From a virus (Duplodnaviria > Heunggongvirae > Uroviricota > Caudoviricetes), in IMG/VR virus record IMGVR_UViG_643348545_000015, positions 1 through 37,765 of that record: DNA of 37,765 nucleotides; one strand, written 5' to 3'. The notes under the pieces were generated by a model. It ran no database searches. It saw only the letters and a program-made list of their open reading frames with translations, and had not been told where the DNA came from. Below are positions 1 through 9,607 of the stretch, one piece after another; the stretch's first letter is position 1, and every line of letters begins with the position of its first letter. A program made the position numbers and the translations under genes.

Positions 1-483
1 ATGACGAAGAAAAAAGCACATAAACCTGGTTCAGCGACCATCGCGCTTAACAAGCGCGCCCGTCACGAATACTTTATCGAAGAAGAGTTCGAAGCGGGAC
101 TTGCCCTGCAAGGCTGGGAGGTTAAATCCCTGCGCGCAGGAAAAGCCAATATCAGCGACAGCTATGTCCTTCTGCGCGACGGAGAGGCATTTCTGTTTGG
201 CGCTAACATCACGCCAATGGCTGTGGCCTCCACGCATGTGGTGTGCGATCCTACCCGTACCCGCAAGTTACTTCTCAACCAGCGCGAACTGGACTCATTG
301 TACGGTCGCGTCAATCGAGAAGGCTATACCGTAGTGGCGCTCTCCCTGTACTGGAAAAATGCCTGGTGCAAAGTGAAAATCGGCGTCGCCAAAGGTAAGA
401 AACAGCACGATAAACGTTCAGATATCAAAGAACGCGAATGGCAGGTGGATAAAGCGCGTATCATGAAAAACGCCCACCGTTAA
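1..483 (+). CDS. smpB: SsrA-binding protein SmpB
   Basis: 160-aa [33 protein letters not shown]... recognisable as enterobacterial SmpB; sits directly upstream of the tmRNA gene. Confidence 0.95.
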
Positions 484-697
484 ACCTATATAAGCGATAC
501 TAATCAAATCCTCACCGCGCCTCCCTATCCGGTGGCGCGAATGAACATCTTATCGACTGTCAAATCTGACACAGATGTAGCCATCCCATTGCTTAATCGA
601 AAAAAAATCATACTATGCAGGCGCTAATTCCAGGATGATAACGCCTTTTGGGCTAGTCATGCTGCTCATAAATCTGGTATACTTACCGTTACACATT

Positions 698-1060
698 GGG
701 GCTGATTCTGGATTCGACGGGATTTGCGAAACCCAAGGTGCATGCCGAGGGGCGGTTGGCCTCGTAAAAAGCCGCAAAAAATAGTCGCAAACGACGAAAA
801 CTACGCTTTAGCAGCTTAATAACCTGCTTAGAGCCCTCTCTCCCTAGCCTCCGCTCTTAGGACGGGGATCAAGAGAGGTCAAACCCAAAAGAGATCGCGT
901 GGAAGCCCTGCCTGGGGTTGAAGCGTTAAAACTTAATCAGGCTAGTTTGTTAGTGGCGTGTCCGTCCGCAGCTGGCAAGCGAATGTAAAGACTGACTAAG
1001 CATGTAGTACCGAGGATGTAGGAATTTCGGACGCGGGTTCAACTCCCGCCAGCTCCACCA
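698..1060 (+). ncRNA. ssrA: tmRNA (SsrA), 363 nt
   Basis: Starts GGGGCTGATTCTGGATTCGACGGG, contains the tag reading frame GCAAACGACGAAAACTACGCTTTAGCAGCTTAA (ANDENYALAA*), ends with the tRNA-like acceptor ...GGTTCAACTCCCGCCAGCTCCACCA. Confidence 0.96.
1016..1060. repeat. attL core: 45-bp 3' end of ssrA, direct repeat of 36061-36105
   Basis: ATGTAGGAATTTCGGACGCGGGTTCAACTCCCGCCAGCTCCACCA is identical at both positions; flanking sequence diverges on both sides. Confidence 0.9.
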
Positions 1061-1070
1061 AATAAATCAA

Positions 1071-1103
1071 GGGGTTACGTGAAAGCGTAGCCCCTTTTTC
1101 TTT
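1071..1103 (+). terminator. Rho-independent terminator after reconstituted ssrA
   Basis: 9-bp stem GGGGTTACG / CGTAGCCCC (one G-U pair), 6-nt loop, then TTTTTCTTT. Confidence 0.5.
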
Positions 1104-1183
1104 GGTAGTGGCGGCAAAATGGCGACAGACTTTTGCGTCCATCTTGCCTGTCGCCATCTTGAAATCATGCAAAGAGGTTTCAC

Positions 1184-1666
1184 ATGGAAGAACTTCACTT
1201 TGTTTACATCAATGCAAATGGTCGTATCGGTGTTCACTCTATACAGAGCATCAGTTATAGCGAAAATCATATACAGGGCATTTGTAAGAACACCGATCGA
1301 ATAAAAACCTTCCGAAAAGACCGCATTCTTAAACAGTACGATTCACCAGAACAAGCCATTCAGGAGTGCGCGTCATTCCTCCCCGAAAACTACTCACATC
1401 TCACCAAGCAGTCTGGTCCGAAAAAAAATACATTCGATGTATGTTTCACCGGATTTAAGAAAGCAGATAAAGAAAGATTGGTTGATAAGGCGAATGAACA
1501 AGGATTAACGGTAAGAACCTCTGTAACCCAAAGCCTTCAGATGCTCTGTTGCGGTTACAATGCAGGCCCATCAAAAGTATCGGCAGCCCGGATGAAAGGC
1601 ACAATCATCATAGATGAGCCTGGCTTTATACATTTTCTTGAAACGGGTGAGATCCCAGATGAATAA
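1184..1666 (+). CDS. Hypothetical cargo protein with C-terminal BRCT-like domain
   Basis: 160-aa ORF with RBS AAGAGG 8 nt before the ATG. C-terminal half (FDVCFTGFKKADKERLVDKANEQGLTVRTSVTQSLQMLCCGYNAGPSKVSAARMKGTIIIDEPGFIHFL) follows the BRCT pattern of NAD-ligase C-termini. N-terminal half unassigned. Confidence 0.6.
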   Translation: MEELHFVYINANGRIGVHSIQSISYSENHIQGICKNTDRIKTFRKDRILKQYDSPEQAIQECASFLPENYSHLTKQSGPKKNTFDVCFTGFKKADKERLVDKANEQGLTVRTSVTQSLQMLCCGYNAGPSKVSAARMKGTIIIDEPGFIHFLETGEIPDE

Positions 1667-1667
1667 A

Positions 1668-1685
1668 AACCTGCCGTAGCAGGTT
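1668..1685. terminator. Bidirectional hairpin between the BRCT gene and ogr
   Basis: AACCTGC-CGTA-GCAGGTT, with a T-run on the minus strand (TTTTTAT) and CTCTTTCTC on the plus strand. Confidence 0.4.
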
Positions 1686-1692
1686 CTCTTTC

Positions 1693-1911
1693 TCAAAAAT
1701 TCATATGCCCCTGACCACCTGGCAATGGATGTGGAGGAGCAGTAGCAATCAGTGCGGGTGTCACAATAAACCGGACCACTGTTTCATGGGTAACAAAAGT
1801 GCTCCCGCAGTTAATATTTTGGCACTGGCAGTAACGCTCTTTGGTGCTTTCAGTTACTTGAAAACTGCTCCTTGTGTGTGCCGCATGACCACACTTTGGA
1901 CAATTCATCAT
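1693..1911 (-). CDS. ogr: Late-gene transcriptional activator, zinc finger (Ogr / 186 B)
   Basis: 72 aa from the internal ATG: MMNCPKCGHAAHTRSS...KERYCQCQNINCGSTF...PHPLPGGQ, the C2C2 Ogr pattern. The longer ORF-track extension to 1956 is probably not translated. Confidence 0.85.
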   Translation of the reverse strand: MMNCPKCGHAAHTRSSFQVTESTKERYCQCQNINCGSTFVTHETVVRFIVTPALIATAPPHPLPGGQGHMNF

Positions 1912-1979
1912 ATCCAGATCCCTACCTTTGCTATCAGAATCATTGTAATGATACACAAAATATCAATATTGAGAACACT

Positions 1980-3080
1980 TTATTCCATTTCAAGATCATC
2001 AATCTTCACTTCGAGTTCAATACTGGTTGTAAAACCGTTATCCGGGCTGACGGTATGTGTCAGAGTCGTAATGGTCCATTCCGCATCATCTATCGGCTGT
2101 TTAAAACCACTGACCTTCACAGGCATTTCCGTGTAGAGATCTGCCCGCCCTTCCGCCAGTTGTAGCGAGAATGACGCAACGCCACGTTGCAGGCGTTCCC
2201 ACTGCATTTTCGCTGCCCGTTCAGCGTTGCTCCGGTTGGCATAAGTGCGATTAAGTACCAGCACGTTTTCATCCGTCCCCACCAGGTAATCGCCCTGCTT
2301 CGCTTCCGGCTCTTTCTTCTGCTTCTTAGTCCTGCGCTTACGCTTCACCGTAGTGCTTTCTTTCTTCGCGGGTTCGCGGGTATGCAACCAGCTGGCAATT
2401 ACCCCCGTGTAAGCTCCGCGATCTGCCAGGGTAAAGCGGTGACTGTCGCCGTCCTTACGTGTGATAGTAATCACCGGCAGTGGTTTACCGCTGGCGCTTT
2501 TGCCCTGTCCCTGCCGGATGAATAACAGATTGCCATTTTTCACCGATGCAATGGCACCGTACTGGCGCGCCAGCCGCATCAAAAAACTGCCGTCACTCTC
2601 ATTAGTCTGGTCTATATGCTCCACAGGCTTATCCGACAGGTCTTTACCCAGTGCCATCTTCAGCTTGTGCCGCGCGGCTATTTCCTTCACCACTTCCCCG
2701 ATGGTGGTGTTATGCCACGATTTTTCACGGCGGGTATTCAGCGTTTCCCGAAAATCAGCACTTCGCGCCCGGATAGTCAGGCGGTCCGGTGCGCCAGTGT
2801 GTTCAATCTCGTCCACCGTGAATGCCCCTTTCGGGAAAAGCGGCTGCCCCTTCCAGCCCAGCGCCAGCGTAATGACCGCACCACGGCGCGGCAGCACGAT
2901 TTTTCCGTCGGCGTCGTCCAGCTCCAGATCAAGCTGGTCCGCTTCAAAGCCCCGGTTATCCGTCAGCGTAAGCCCCATCAGGCGTTTGTCCAGCACAGTG
3001 GTGATATCCTTCCCCTCAATACTGATGCTGAATGCGGGAGTTTTGTTGCCTTTGTTAAGCAGTTCAGAGCTGAAATTCAC
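1980..3080 (-). CDS. D: Tail protein D (late control gene D family)
   Basis: 366 aa, FSISIEGKDITTVLDKRLMGLTLTDNRGFEADQLDLELDD... GTG start overlapping the U stop (GTGA). Confidence 0.88.
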   Translation of the reverse strand: MNFSSELLNKGNKTPAFSISIEGKDITTVLDKRLMGLTLTDNRGFEADQLDLELDDADGKIVLPRRGAVITLALGWKGQPLFPKGAFTVDEIEHTGAPDRLTIRARSADFRETLNTRREKSWHNTTIGEVVKEIAARHKLKMALGKDLSDKPVEHIDQTNESDGSFLMRLARQYGAIASVKNGNLLFIRQGQGKSASGKPLPVITITRKDGDSHRFTLADRGAYTGVIASWLHTREPAKKESTTVKRKRRTKKQKKEPEAKQGDYLVGTDENVLVLNRTYANRSNAERAAKMQWERLQRGVASFSLQLAEGRADLYTEMPVKVSGFKQPIDDAEWTITTLTHTVSPDNGFTTSIELEVKIDDLEME

Positions 3081-3562
3081 GACAGCAGCCCTCCCACCGT
3101 TTTACTGATATCGCTTAAGGCAGACGTTGCCGTATCCTGCAAATTATTCAGCTGCGCACTGAGATCACCGAACATATCGGACAGGGATTCATCCACCCGT
3201 TTGAGCGACAGGGTAAACTCAATCCGGCGCGGCATACCATCGCGGAAAAACTCCGTTTTAGTCTGATTCAGTCCCTCAATCACATACATGCCGTAAATCG
3301 TGCCGCTGCCTTCAATCAGGGGCCATGCTTTTCCCTGTTCTGCCATCTGCTCCAGAGCCAGCAACGACAGCCTGCCGCCCGTTATCTCCGGCATAAGAAC
3401 ACCAGAAAGCGTCAGCATGTCGTTGTCCGGTCCCAGAAACTGCGTGGACGGACGACGGTTTACCCGGCTGTTTGCCGCATGTCGCCAGCTGCGTTGATAC
3501 TGCAGTTCCTGATACGGAACGGTGCGCAGCATAAACACGTACAATCCCAGCACCATCATCAT
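3077..3562 (-). CDS. U: Tail protein U
   Basis: 161 aa MMMVLGLYVFMLRTVPYQELQYQRSWRH..., P2 gpU-like; position between T and D. Confidence 0.88.
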   Translation of the reverse strand: MMMVLGLYVFMLRTVPYQELQYQRSWRHAANSRVNRRPSTQFLGPDNDMLTLSGVLMPEITGGRLSLLALEQMAEQGKAWPLIEGSGTIYGMYVIEGLNQTKTEFFRDGMPRRIEFTLSLKRVDESLSDMFGDLSAQLNNLQDTATSALSDISKTVGGLLS

Positions 3563-6500
3563 GCGTCGTATCCCCCCTGATCGCTGTAGTTACTCCTGGC
3601 TTTTGCCTTCAGCCTGCGTTCACGTTCATCAAGCTGGCGTGCCACCTCCCGCGCAATATCCTGCGCACTTTGTCCTGGCTGCGTCTGAATGATGATCTGC
3701 GTCGGTGCCTCAATCCGGTGAACGGGCGGCACAGTGGCTGCACGACTCACCATCGCTTCGCCGCCTTTCGCGGGAAGTGCCAAAGGATGCAACGGTGGAA
3801 GCTCTGCAGGCGCGGCAGCAACGCCCATCATTCCGGCAACAACGGCAGCCAGTGCAGCTGTATTTCTCCGGCTGGTCACATTTGCCGGGCCGTTAACAAT
3901 TTCCGGCCCGTTTTCACCGACGATGCCAAACTGCCCACGCGGGATATAGCCGCCGCTGTCATACATCCCCGCAAAGCCATATCCCCATGACGGAAAACCC
4001 CCCGATGGCATCATCACTTTACCGTCTGCATTCACCGTCGCAGGTTGCTGACGCGTCACTCTTTCCGGCAGTTTCGCCTTTGCAGCCTCTTTACTGACAA
4101 TGCCGAGTTTCTCCAGCAACCAGGAAACGCCGGATTTCAGGGAGTCCAGCGGATGCATGACCATATTCAGCCCTTCCGCCAGTGCCTCCCCGAATCGCCG
4201 CCCCATTGCCGCTGCACTCTGCAGTTCGGCAGAGGTCGACTTAACGGGCGTCAGCAGATCAGTAAACCAGCCCCACAGCGCCTGTACTTTGTCGCCAATC
4301 CACTGGAACACGGGCTTAAGCGGTTCGAATGCTGCACTGACGGGACCTGCCGCCGCTTTGAATCCTTCCACCACGCCACCAAGAAATGCGGTGATGGGTT
4401 GCCAGTATTTCCAGACAACCAGCGCCACGCCCGCCAGTGCAGTAACCACAAGACCTATCGGACTGAGCAGAGCACCTAACAGACCAGATACGGCATACAG
4501 GGCAACGCGCAGCATCGCCAGTGGACCAGATGCCAGTACTCGCAGCACCGTGCCTGCGGAGGCCAGTCCACCGCGCAGTACCGCCAGAGGATTCATAAAC
4601 ATCACAGCAACAGCACGTAAACCGGATAATCCAGACCGCAAAAGTGCAACCGGCGCACCTGCTACAGTTTTCAGGACATTTCCCGTCAGTGATGCCGTGC
4701 GGCGCAAAGACGACAACGGCGCAGTAAGTAAACCTGCGGCGTTGCCCGATGAAGCAAGCCCGCGTCGCAGCAGTGCAAGTGGTGCGCCAGCCAACCAGGA
4801 CAACGCGCTGCTGGTTCGCGTTACTGCTGCCGTAACGGAAGGTAACGTTTTGATACCCAGCACAGAGAATCCCAGACGGATGACTGCCAGCGGCCCCAGC
4901 ACAGCAGCCAACACCACAGCCAGGGTGCCGAGGCCCACAGTAACAGCAGCCACAACCGCGGCTACTTTCATCAGTGTGCCCGTCAGTTCAGGGTTAGCTT
5001 CCACCCAGCGACGCAACGCCCCCGTGATGCTTTTCACCGTGTACAGAATATCCATCAGCGGCTGGCGCAGCGTTTCGCCCAGGCTGCTGAAGGTGTTCTG
5101 CGCTCCGGTTTTGACCAACAACCACTGCGCAGAAAGTGAGTCCTTGTTAATGTCGGATTCTTTCTGCATCGAACCGAGCGCATCATTGCCCGCTGTCAGT
5201 TTTAGCTGGCGCTGCAGTTCCGGCAGGTTGTTTGCCAGTTTCGCCGCATCATCGCCAAACTCTTTACCAAACAACATGGTCATGGCAGACAGGCGCTTAT
5301 CCTGCGGCAGTGCGTTCACCTTCTCCAGTACGCGCTGGATAGTTCCCATCGCATCCTTCGTCATCTGCTTTTCAATCACTTCAGGATTGAGTTTCAGCAG
5401 ATTCATTCCTTCAAAGAAACTCTTGCTTTGCATGGTCGCAATGGACAATTCACGCACCATCGCGTTGGCAGCACTGGCAGCGACCTCCGGCGCAGCACCC
5501 AGTGTCAGGAAGGTGGAACCCAGCGCCGCCGCTTTACGATAATCCAGACGATCAGCCACACCGCCCAGGCGTTGCATGACATCAATGATGTCTGCCCCTT
5601 TCGACATAGCGTTATCATCCAGATAGTTCAGCGCATCACCGAGCTGTTCAATATTGCGGGTTGGTATTTTGTAGAGCTGGGCGATTTTCCCCAGACTTTC
5701 TGACAGTTCATCAGCTGGCAGCTCAAAGGCTGTTGCCGCCTTTGCTGCCGTACTGGCGAAGGCCAGCAGGTCACGTTTCTGGTCCTCCCAGCTGTCGTCA
5801 GGGTTTGCCACATTCATGCGCGCACCACCTTCAACCAGTGCGGCGAAGTCCACAGCACCGTTTTCCATTGGCAGCTGTTCACTGGCAGCTTTGATGGCAT
5901 CCTGCATTTCGTAAAAACGCGCAGTGCGGTTGCCATTATCGTCACGCAGACCATTGACCTGCTTTGCCACACCTTTCATGGCATCTTCCATGCTGGTATA
6001 GCTTTTTACCGCCGCCATCACTGGCGCGCCCATTGCCAGCCCTGCAGCCGTGGTGGTGGCTCCGGCTCCTGCGATGCGATCGCGCACTTCAAGCCGTCTT
6101 GAGTATTGTTCTCTGGCAGCGTTCATCCGTGCCTGTTGTTCACCCAGACGTTTAAGTGCTTTTTTCTGGCCCTCCAGTGCCTGACGAGTTTCTTCGGCAT
6201 TTTTCTTAAGTTCTCGCTGGGCACTACTGAGTTGTCTGGTATCAATCCCTGATTCTTTAAGTGCCTGACGTTGTCTCTGGACCGCCCCCAACAAGCCGTT
6301 ATAGGTCTGCTGAAGTTCCTGTACTCGTGTTTTGGCCTGACTGAATAACTTTGCCTGCGCGGCGGTTGGCCTGTTAGTGGCAGCAAATTGTGTGGCGAGT
6401 TTTGCCGCCTCTTCGCGGGCTGCGTTCAGGTTGTTGGCTGTTATGGCTAGTTGCGAGCGCGTCTTGCGAAATTCATCAATTCTGCCAGCCTGCTTATTCA

Positions 6501-6636
6501 GTTCTTTGAGGCTGTTTCGGGTATTCTGAATTGCGCCAGCCAGCTCTTTCGAACTGGCCTGTGCAGCACGGAATGGGCGGGTGAGTTTGTCAACCGCATT
6601 AAGAATGACCTGCAGGCGCAGGTTATTATCACTCAT
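3559..6636 (-). CDS. T: Tail tape-measure protein T
   Basis: 1025-aa Ala/Gly/Leu-rich ORF with coiled-coil N-terminus, following the E/E' frameshift pair. Confidence 0.9.
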   Translation of the reverse strand: MSDNNLRLQVILNAVDKLTRPFRAAQASSKELAGAIQNTRNSLKELNKQAGRIDEFRKTRSQLAITANNLNAAREEAAKLATQFAATNRPTAAQAKLFSQAKTRVQELQQTYNGLLGAVQRQRQALKESGIDTRQLSSAQRELKKNAEETRQALEGQKKALKRLGEQQARMNAAREQYSRRLEVRDRIAGAGATTTAAGLAMGAPVMAAVKSYTSMEDAMKGVAKQVNGLRDDNGNRTARFYEMQDAIKAASEQLPMENGAVDFAALVEGGARMNVANPDDSWEDQKRDLLAFASTAAKAATAFELPADELSESLGKIAQLYKIPTRNIEQLGDALNYLDDNAMSKGADIIDVMQRLGGVADRLDYRKAAALGSTFLTLGAAPEVAASAANAMVRELSIATMQSKSFFEGMNLLKLNPEVIEKQMTKDAMGTIQRVLEKVNALPQDKRLSAMTMLFGKEFGDDAAKLANNLPELQRQLKLTAGNDALGSMQKESDINKDSLSAQWLLVKTGAQNTFSSLGETLRQPLMDILYTVKSITGALRRWVEANPELTGTLMKVAAVVAAVTVGLGTLAVVLAAVLGPLAVIRLGFSVLGIKTLPSVTAAVTRTSSALSWLAGAPLALLRRGLASSGNAAGLLTAPLSSLRRTASLTGNVLKTVAGAPVALLRSGLSGLRAVAVMFMNPLAVLRGGLASAGTVLRVLASGPLAMLRVALYAVSGLLGALLSPIGLVVTALAGVALVVWKYWQPITAFLGGVVEGFKAAAGPVSAAFEPLKPVFQWIGDKVQALWGWFTDLLTPVKSTSAELQSAAAMGRRFGEALAEGLNMVMHPLDSLKSGVSWLLEKLGIVSKEAAKAKLPERVTRQQPATVNADGKVMMPSGGFPSWGYGFAGMYDSGGYIPRGQFGIVGENGPEIVNGPANVTSRRNTAALAAVVAGMMGVAAAPAELPPLHPLALPAKGGEAMVSRAATVPPVHRIEAPTQIIIQTQPGQSAQDIAREVARQLDERERRLKAKARSNYSDQGGYDA

Positions 6637-7065
6637 CGTTGGCCCCGCTTCTCTGAATCGCTTTATACCGCCATTCCAGCACTTCGGTCAGCGGCATAAC
6701 GTCAGTAACGGATGGCGGCCAGTGAAAGATGGTGGCGATATCAGCCACCAGATCGTCAACCGTCAGGCTGTCGGTAAACCGGCAAGCACCGACTTCTTCA
6801 ACAAAAAAGTGACAACCTCAACCGACATGGCAGTGAGATCTGCCGGGTCCATCTCTGCAATTTCCTGTGCAGTCAGTGCCGGACTGGAGATGCGGGGGAT
6901 CACGGTCATCATCGCGTTCACATCCATATCCATAATGGCCTGCAGGCGTGTACCGCGCAGCGCACCGGACTGCGGTTTACGCAGCACAATTTCGGTGATT
7001 TCTGTTTTACCGCGCTTGATGGGGGTATCCAGTTGAATAGTCTTTTCAGTCTGCTTATCGCTCAT
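6629..7065 (-). CDS. E: Tail assembly chaperone E and E+E' (programmed -1 frameshift)
   Basis: The 0 frame ends at 6763 (100 aa). Slippery heptamer T_TTT_TTG on the minus strand (6803-6809) lets the -1 frame continue to a TGA at 6629-6631 that overlaps the T start codon. Confidence 0.8.
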
Positions 7066-7119
7066 TTTGCTGTCCTGTAAATTGGGTTCTGGCGCGGTAT
7101 CCCGCGCCGTTCAGATACA

Positions 7120-7635
7120 TCAGAGGCCGAGGGCGTTGCGGTGCGCTTCCATCAGGTCCACACCGTCCACAATTTCCACCATGTTGATAAGGTCCACTTC
7201 ATAGAGCACCTCACCATTTATAGTCAGCTTCGCGTAGCTGTTGGTACTGGTCACTTTGGTGGTGTTGCTTTCGCCCGTCTTCCACTCGCCGGAATCCACT
7301 TCTTTGTGACGTCCACGCACCACAAGCTCCACGGCCTGCACTTCCCCGGTATCGTCACGCTGGATAGAGCCGGTAAAGCGCAACTGGATACCATCCACCG
7401 TGGCTTTGCCCATCTGCTTAAACAGCAGCAGTTCAGTACCACCAATGGAAAATTCCGTATCCAGTGCGCCGTCATCCAGCCCCAGATCCACATCCACTGC
7501 ACCCGGCATTCCGCCGCCGCGATACTTCTCATATTTGCGGGTAAATTTCGGCAGCGTCAGCGACTCAACGATCCCCTGCCAGTTGTTCCCGTCATTAAAC
7601 AGGTTCAGGTGTTTTAATTTGCGTGGTAAAGCCAT
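7120..7635 (-). CDS. FII: Tail tube protein FII
   Basis: 171 aa MALPRKLKHLNLFNDGNNWQG...; order FI-FII-E-T as in P2. Confidence 0.9.
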   Translation of the reverse strand: MALPRKLKHLNLFNDGNNWQGIVESLTLPKFTRKYEKYRGGGMPGAVDVDLGLDDGALDTEFSIGGTELLLFKQMGKATVDGIQLRFTGSIQRDDTGEVQAVELVVRGRHKEVDSGEWKTGESNTTKVTSTNSYAKLTINGEVLYEVDLINMVEIVDGVDLMEAHRNALGL

Positions 7636-7644
7636 GTTGTCCCC

Positions 7645-8817
7645 TTACGCGCTGACCTGGCTGGAGAAATTAACCAGGTACTGATCGGTGATGCGCTGAC
7701 GCAGCATCAGGTTTTCAAGTGGCGGCACTGGCGTGTAGTCGTAGTCGATGGTGAGTTTTCCGGCTTTCAGCGTGTCTTTGTCGTTCACCGACTCATCCAG
7801 CCAGCAATCACCACCAATGAGATAGCCCTGACTGACCAGGCTGCGCATTTTGGCGCGGATACCCTCGATAATGTCGCGGGCCAGCGACGGATTCAGCGGT
7901 TTATCCACCGCCCACATGTGCGCTTCTGCCATCGTGTCCGTCAGCACCTGCGCCGTGCGGGTGTAGTTTTCGAAGGCAAAGAGCGGGTCATCACTCAGGC
8001 AGCGGGAACCCCAGAAGCGAAAACCGTCTTTGCGGATAAGGGTGGTGACGTCGTTCTGGTTCAGCAGTCCCGCATCGGTTGCCGGGTCCTGCAGATCCCA
8101 GAACACATCAGCAGAAATTCCGGTGACACCGTTAACGCCCACGTTGGACAGGCTTTTGTGCCATCCGGTCTGCTCGTCAATTTTGGCGCGCAGACCAAGC
8201 GCACGGGCGGTGGCATAAGCCGTTGCTTCGGCATTCAGCACCGTGTCCCAGCCAGTAAAGTCGGGCCAGATCAGCATTCCTTCACGCTGACTGAAGTTTT
8301 CACGGTAAGTGATTGCTTCCTGCACCGTCTTGCAACCATACGCTGACAGGTAAGCAAATCCACGCAGGCTTTGCGCCACACTCAGCAACTCAGTAGCTAC
8401 CGCCTTCGTGTCGTGACCTGGCACGCCGAGAATGCGCGGTTTAACGCCGAGCTGTGACTGGGCAGATAACAGGGCTTTCATGCCTGTTTTTTTACCTTCA
8501 GCGGTCACTGCGCCGATGATATTGGTCGTGGTTTCTTCTTCCGTTTCACCCTGCGGCACACGCACAACAACGGTCACGGGTTTTGCCTGGTCAGCGATGG
8601 CATCCAGCGAACGAGCCAGCGTGCCTGACTCACCCGCTTTACCGCTGGCAGTCAGCACATCAGTGATCAGCACGGGTTTATTAAGAGGAAACATTTTTGC
8701 ATCGGCATCATCGCCCGTGCAGACCATACCCACGATGGCGGTGCTCACCGTGGTAATGGATCGGGTGCCTTCGTTGACTTCAACAACGCGCACCCCGTGG
8801 TGGTAATCCTGAGCCAT
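7645..8817 (-). CDS. FI: Contractile tail sheath protein FI
   Basis: 390 aa [24 protein letters not shown]...; RBS AGGAGG upstream. Confidence 0.92.
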   Translation of the reverse strand: MAQDYHHGVRVVEVNEGTRSITTVSTAIVGMVCTGDDADAKMFPLNKPVLITDVLTASGKAGESGTLARSLDAIADQAKPVTVVVRVPQGETEEETTTNIIGAVTAEGKKTGMKALLSAQSQLGVKPRILGVPGHDTKAVATELLSVAQSLRGFAYLSAYGCKTVQEAITYRENFSQREGMLIWPDFTGWDTVLNAEATAYATARALGLRAKIDEQTGWHKSLSNVGVNGVTGISADVFWDLQDPATDAGLLNQNDVTTLIRKDGFRFWGSRCLSDDPLFAFENYTRTAQVLTDTMAEAHMWAVDKPLNPSLARDIIEGIRAKMRSLVSQGYLIGGDCWLDESVNDKDTLKAGKLTIDYDYTPVPPLENLMLRQRITDQYLVNFSSQVSA

Positions 8818-8893
8818 AGTGGCGAACCTCCTGATTGGATTAGGCTTCGCCCTATGTTGAAGTGATTGTGCCTGACAAACAGCTAAGCGCAGT

Positions 8894-8911
8894 TGTACCG
8901 TTATTCACACA
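8894..8911 (-). promoter_or_regulatory. Candidate Ogr-dependent late promoter element (TGT-N12-ACA) for the F operon
   Basis: TGTACCGTTATTCACACA about 80 bp upstream of the FI start; same motif class as at 14972 and 20869. Confidence 0.5.
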
Positions 8912-8959
8912 AAATGACGGTATTTGTCTGCTTTCAGGGATAATCAAAATAAAGCTGAT

Positions 8960-9526
8960 TCAGGGAGATTTATTGTTCTTATTTGCCGGAAATTTTCGAT
9001 AAATGGTAGAAACGCCTACATCAAAAATCAGTGCAATACGCTGTCTTGATTCTCCGTCCTCGAGTAAACGCCCAATCTGTGCCCACTGTTCGCTGGTCAA
9101 CTTAGGACGGCGTCCACCTACTCTGCCTTTAGCACGAGCTGCAGCCAGCCCCGCCCTGGTACGTTCAACTATCAGTTCGCGTTCCATTTCAGCCAGGGCA
9201 CCCATGACATGAAAAAAGAAACGGCCCATTGGGGTGCTGGTATCAATACTGTCAGTCAGGCTTCGGAAATTCACGCCACGCTGGCGCAGCTCTTCTATCA
9301 GCGTAACAAGATGCCGCATACTGCGCCCCAGTCTGTCCAGCTTCCAGACAACCAGCGTGTCTCCTGCCGATAGTGTCCTGAGCAGCTTTTTCAGCCCCGG
9401 TCTGTCGGACTTGGTGCCACTGATTTTATCCTCAAAAATCCGCTCACATCCCGCACAGTTCAGTGCATTGCGTTGCAAATCGGTGTTCTGGTCATTTGTT
9501 GACACGCGTACATAGCCAATAAGCAT
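8960..9526 (-). CDS. Serine-recombinase DNA invertase (Hin/Gin/Cin/Pin family)
   Basis: MLIGYVRVSTNDQNTDLQRNAL...GDTLVVWKLDRLGRSMRHLV... with C-terminal HTH; start taken at the ATG 6 nt after GGGGG (the ORF track begins 2 codons earlier at 9532). Confidence 0.9.
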   Translation of the reverse strand: MLIGYVRVSTNDQNTDLQRNALNCAGCERIFEDKISGTKSDRPGLKKLLRTLSAGDTLVVWKLDRLGRSMRHLVTLIEELRQRGVNFRSLTDSIDTSTPMGRFFFHVMGALAEMERELIVERTRAGLAAARAKGRVGGRRPKLTSEQWAQIGRLLEDGESRQRIALIFDVGVSTIYRKFPANKNNKSP

Positions 9527-9581
9527 GATCATCCCCCTGAATAAAAACCGGAGATGATGCCAGTTAGCCGTTATCTCTGCA

Positions 9582-9607
9582 TTTTCATAAACGTTGGTTT
9601 GGGAGAA
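9582..9607. repeat. Invertase crossover site, left (26 bp)
   Basis: TTTTCATAAACG-TT-GGTTTGGGAGAA; 14 bp identical, in inverted orientation, to the site at 11440-11465. Confidence 0.75.

Noticed and set aside
4100-5542. 480-aa plus-strand ORF (and several other 60-220 aa ORFs) antisense to the tape-measure and tail genes
   Set aside because: They lie wholly inside well-supported minus-strand genes in GC-rich sequence, have low-complexity Ala/Ser/Pro/Arg-rich translations and no RBS; typical antisense artefacts.
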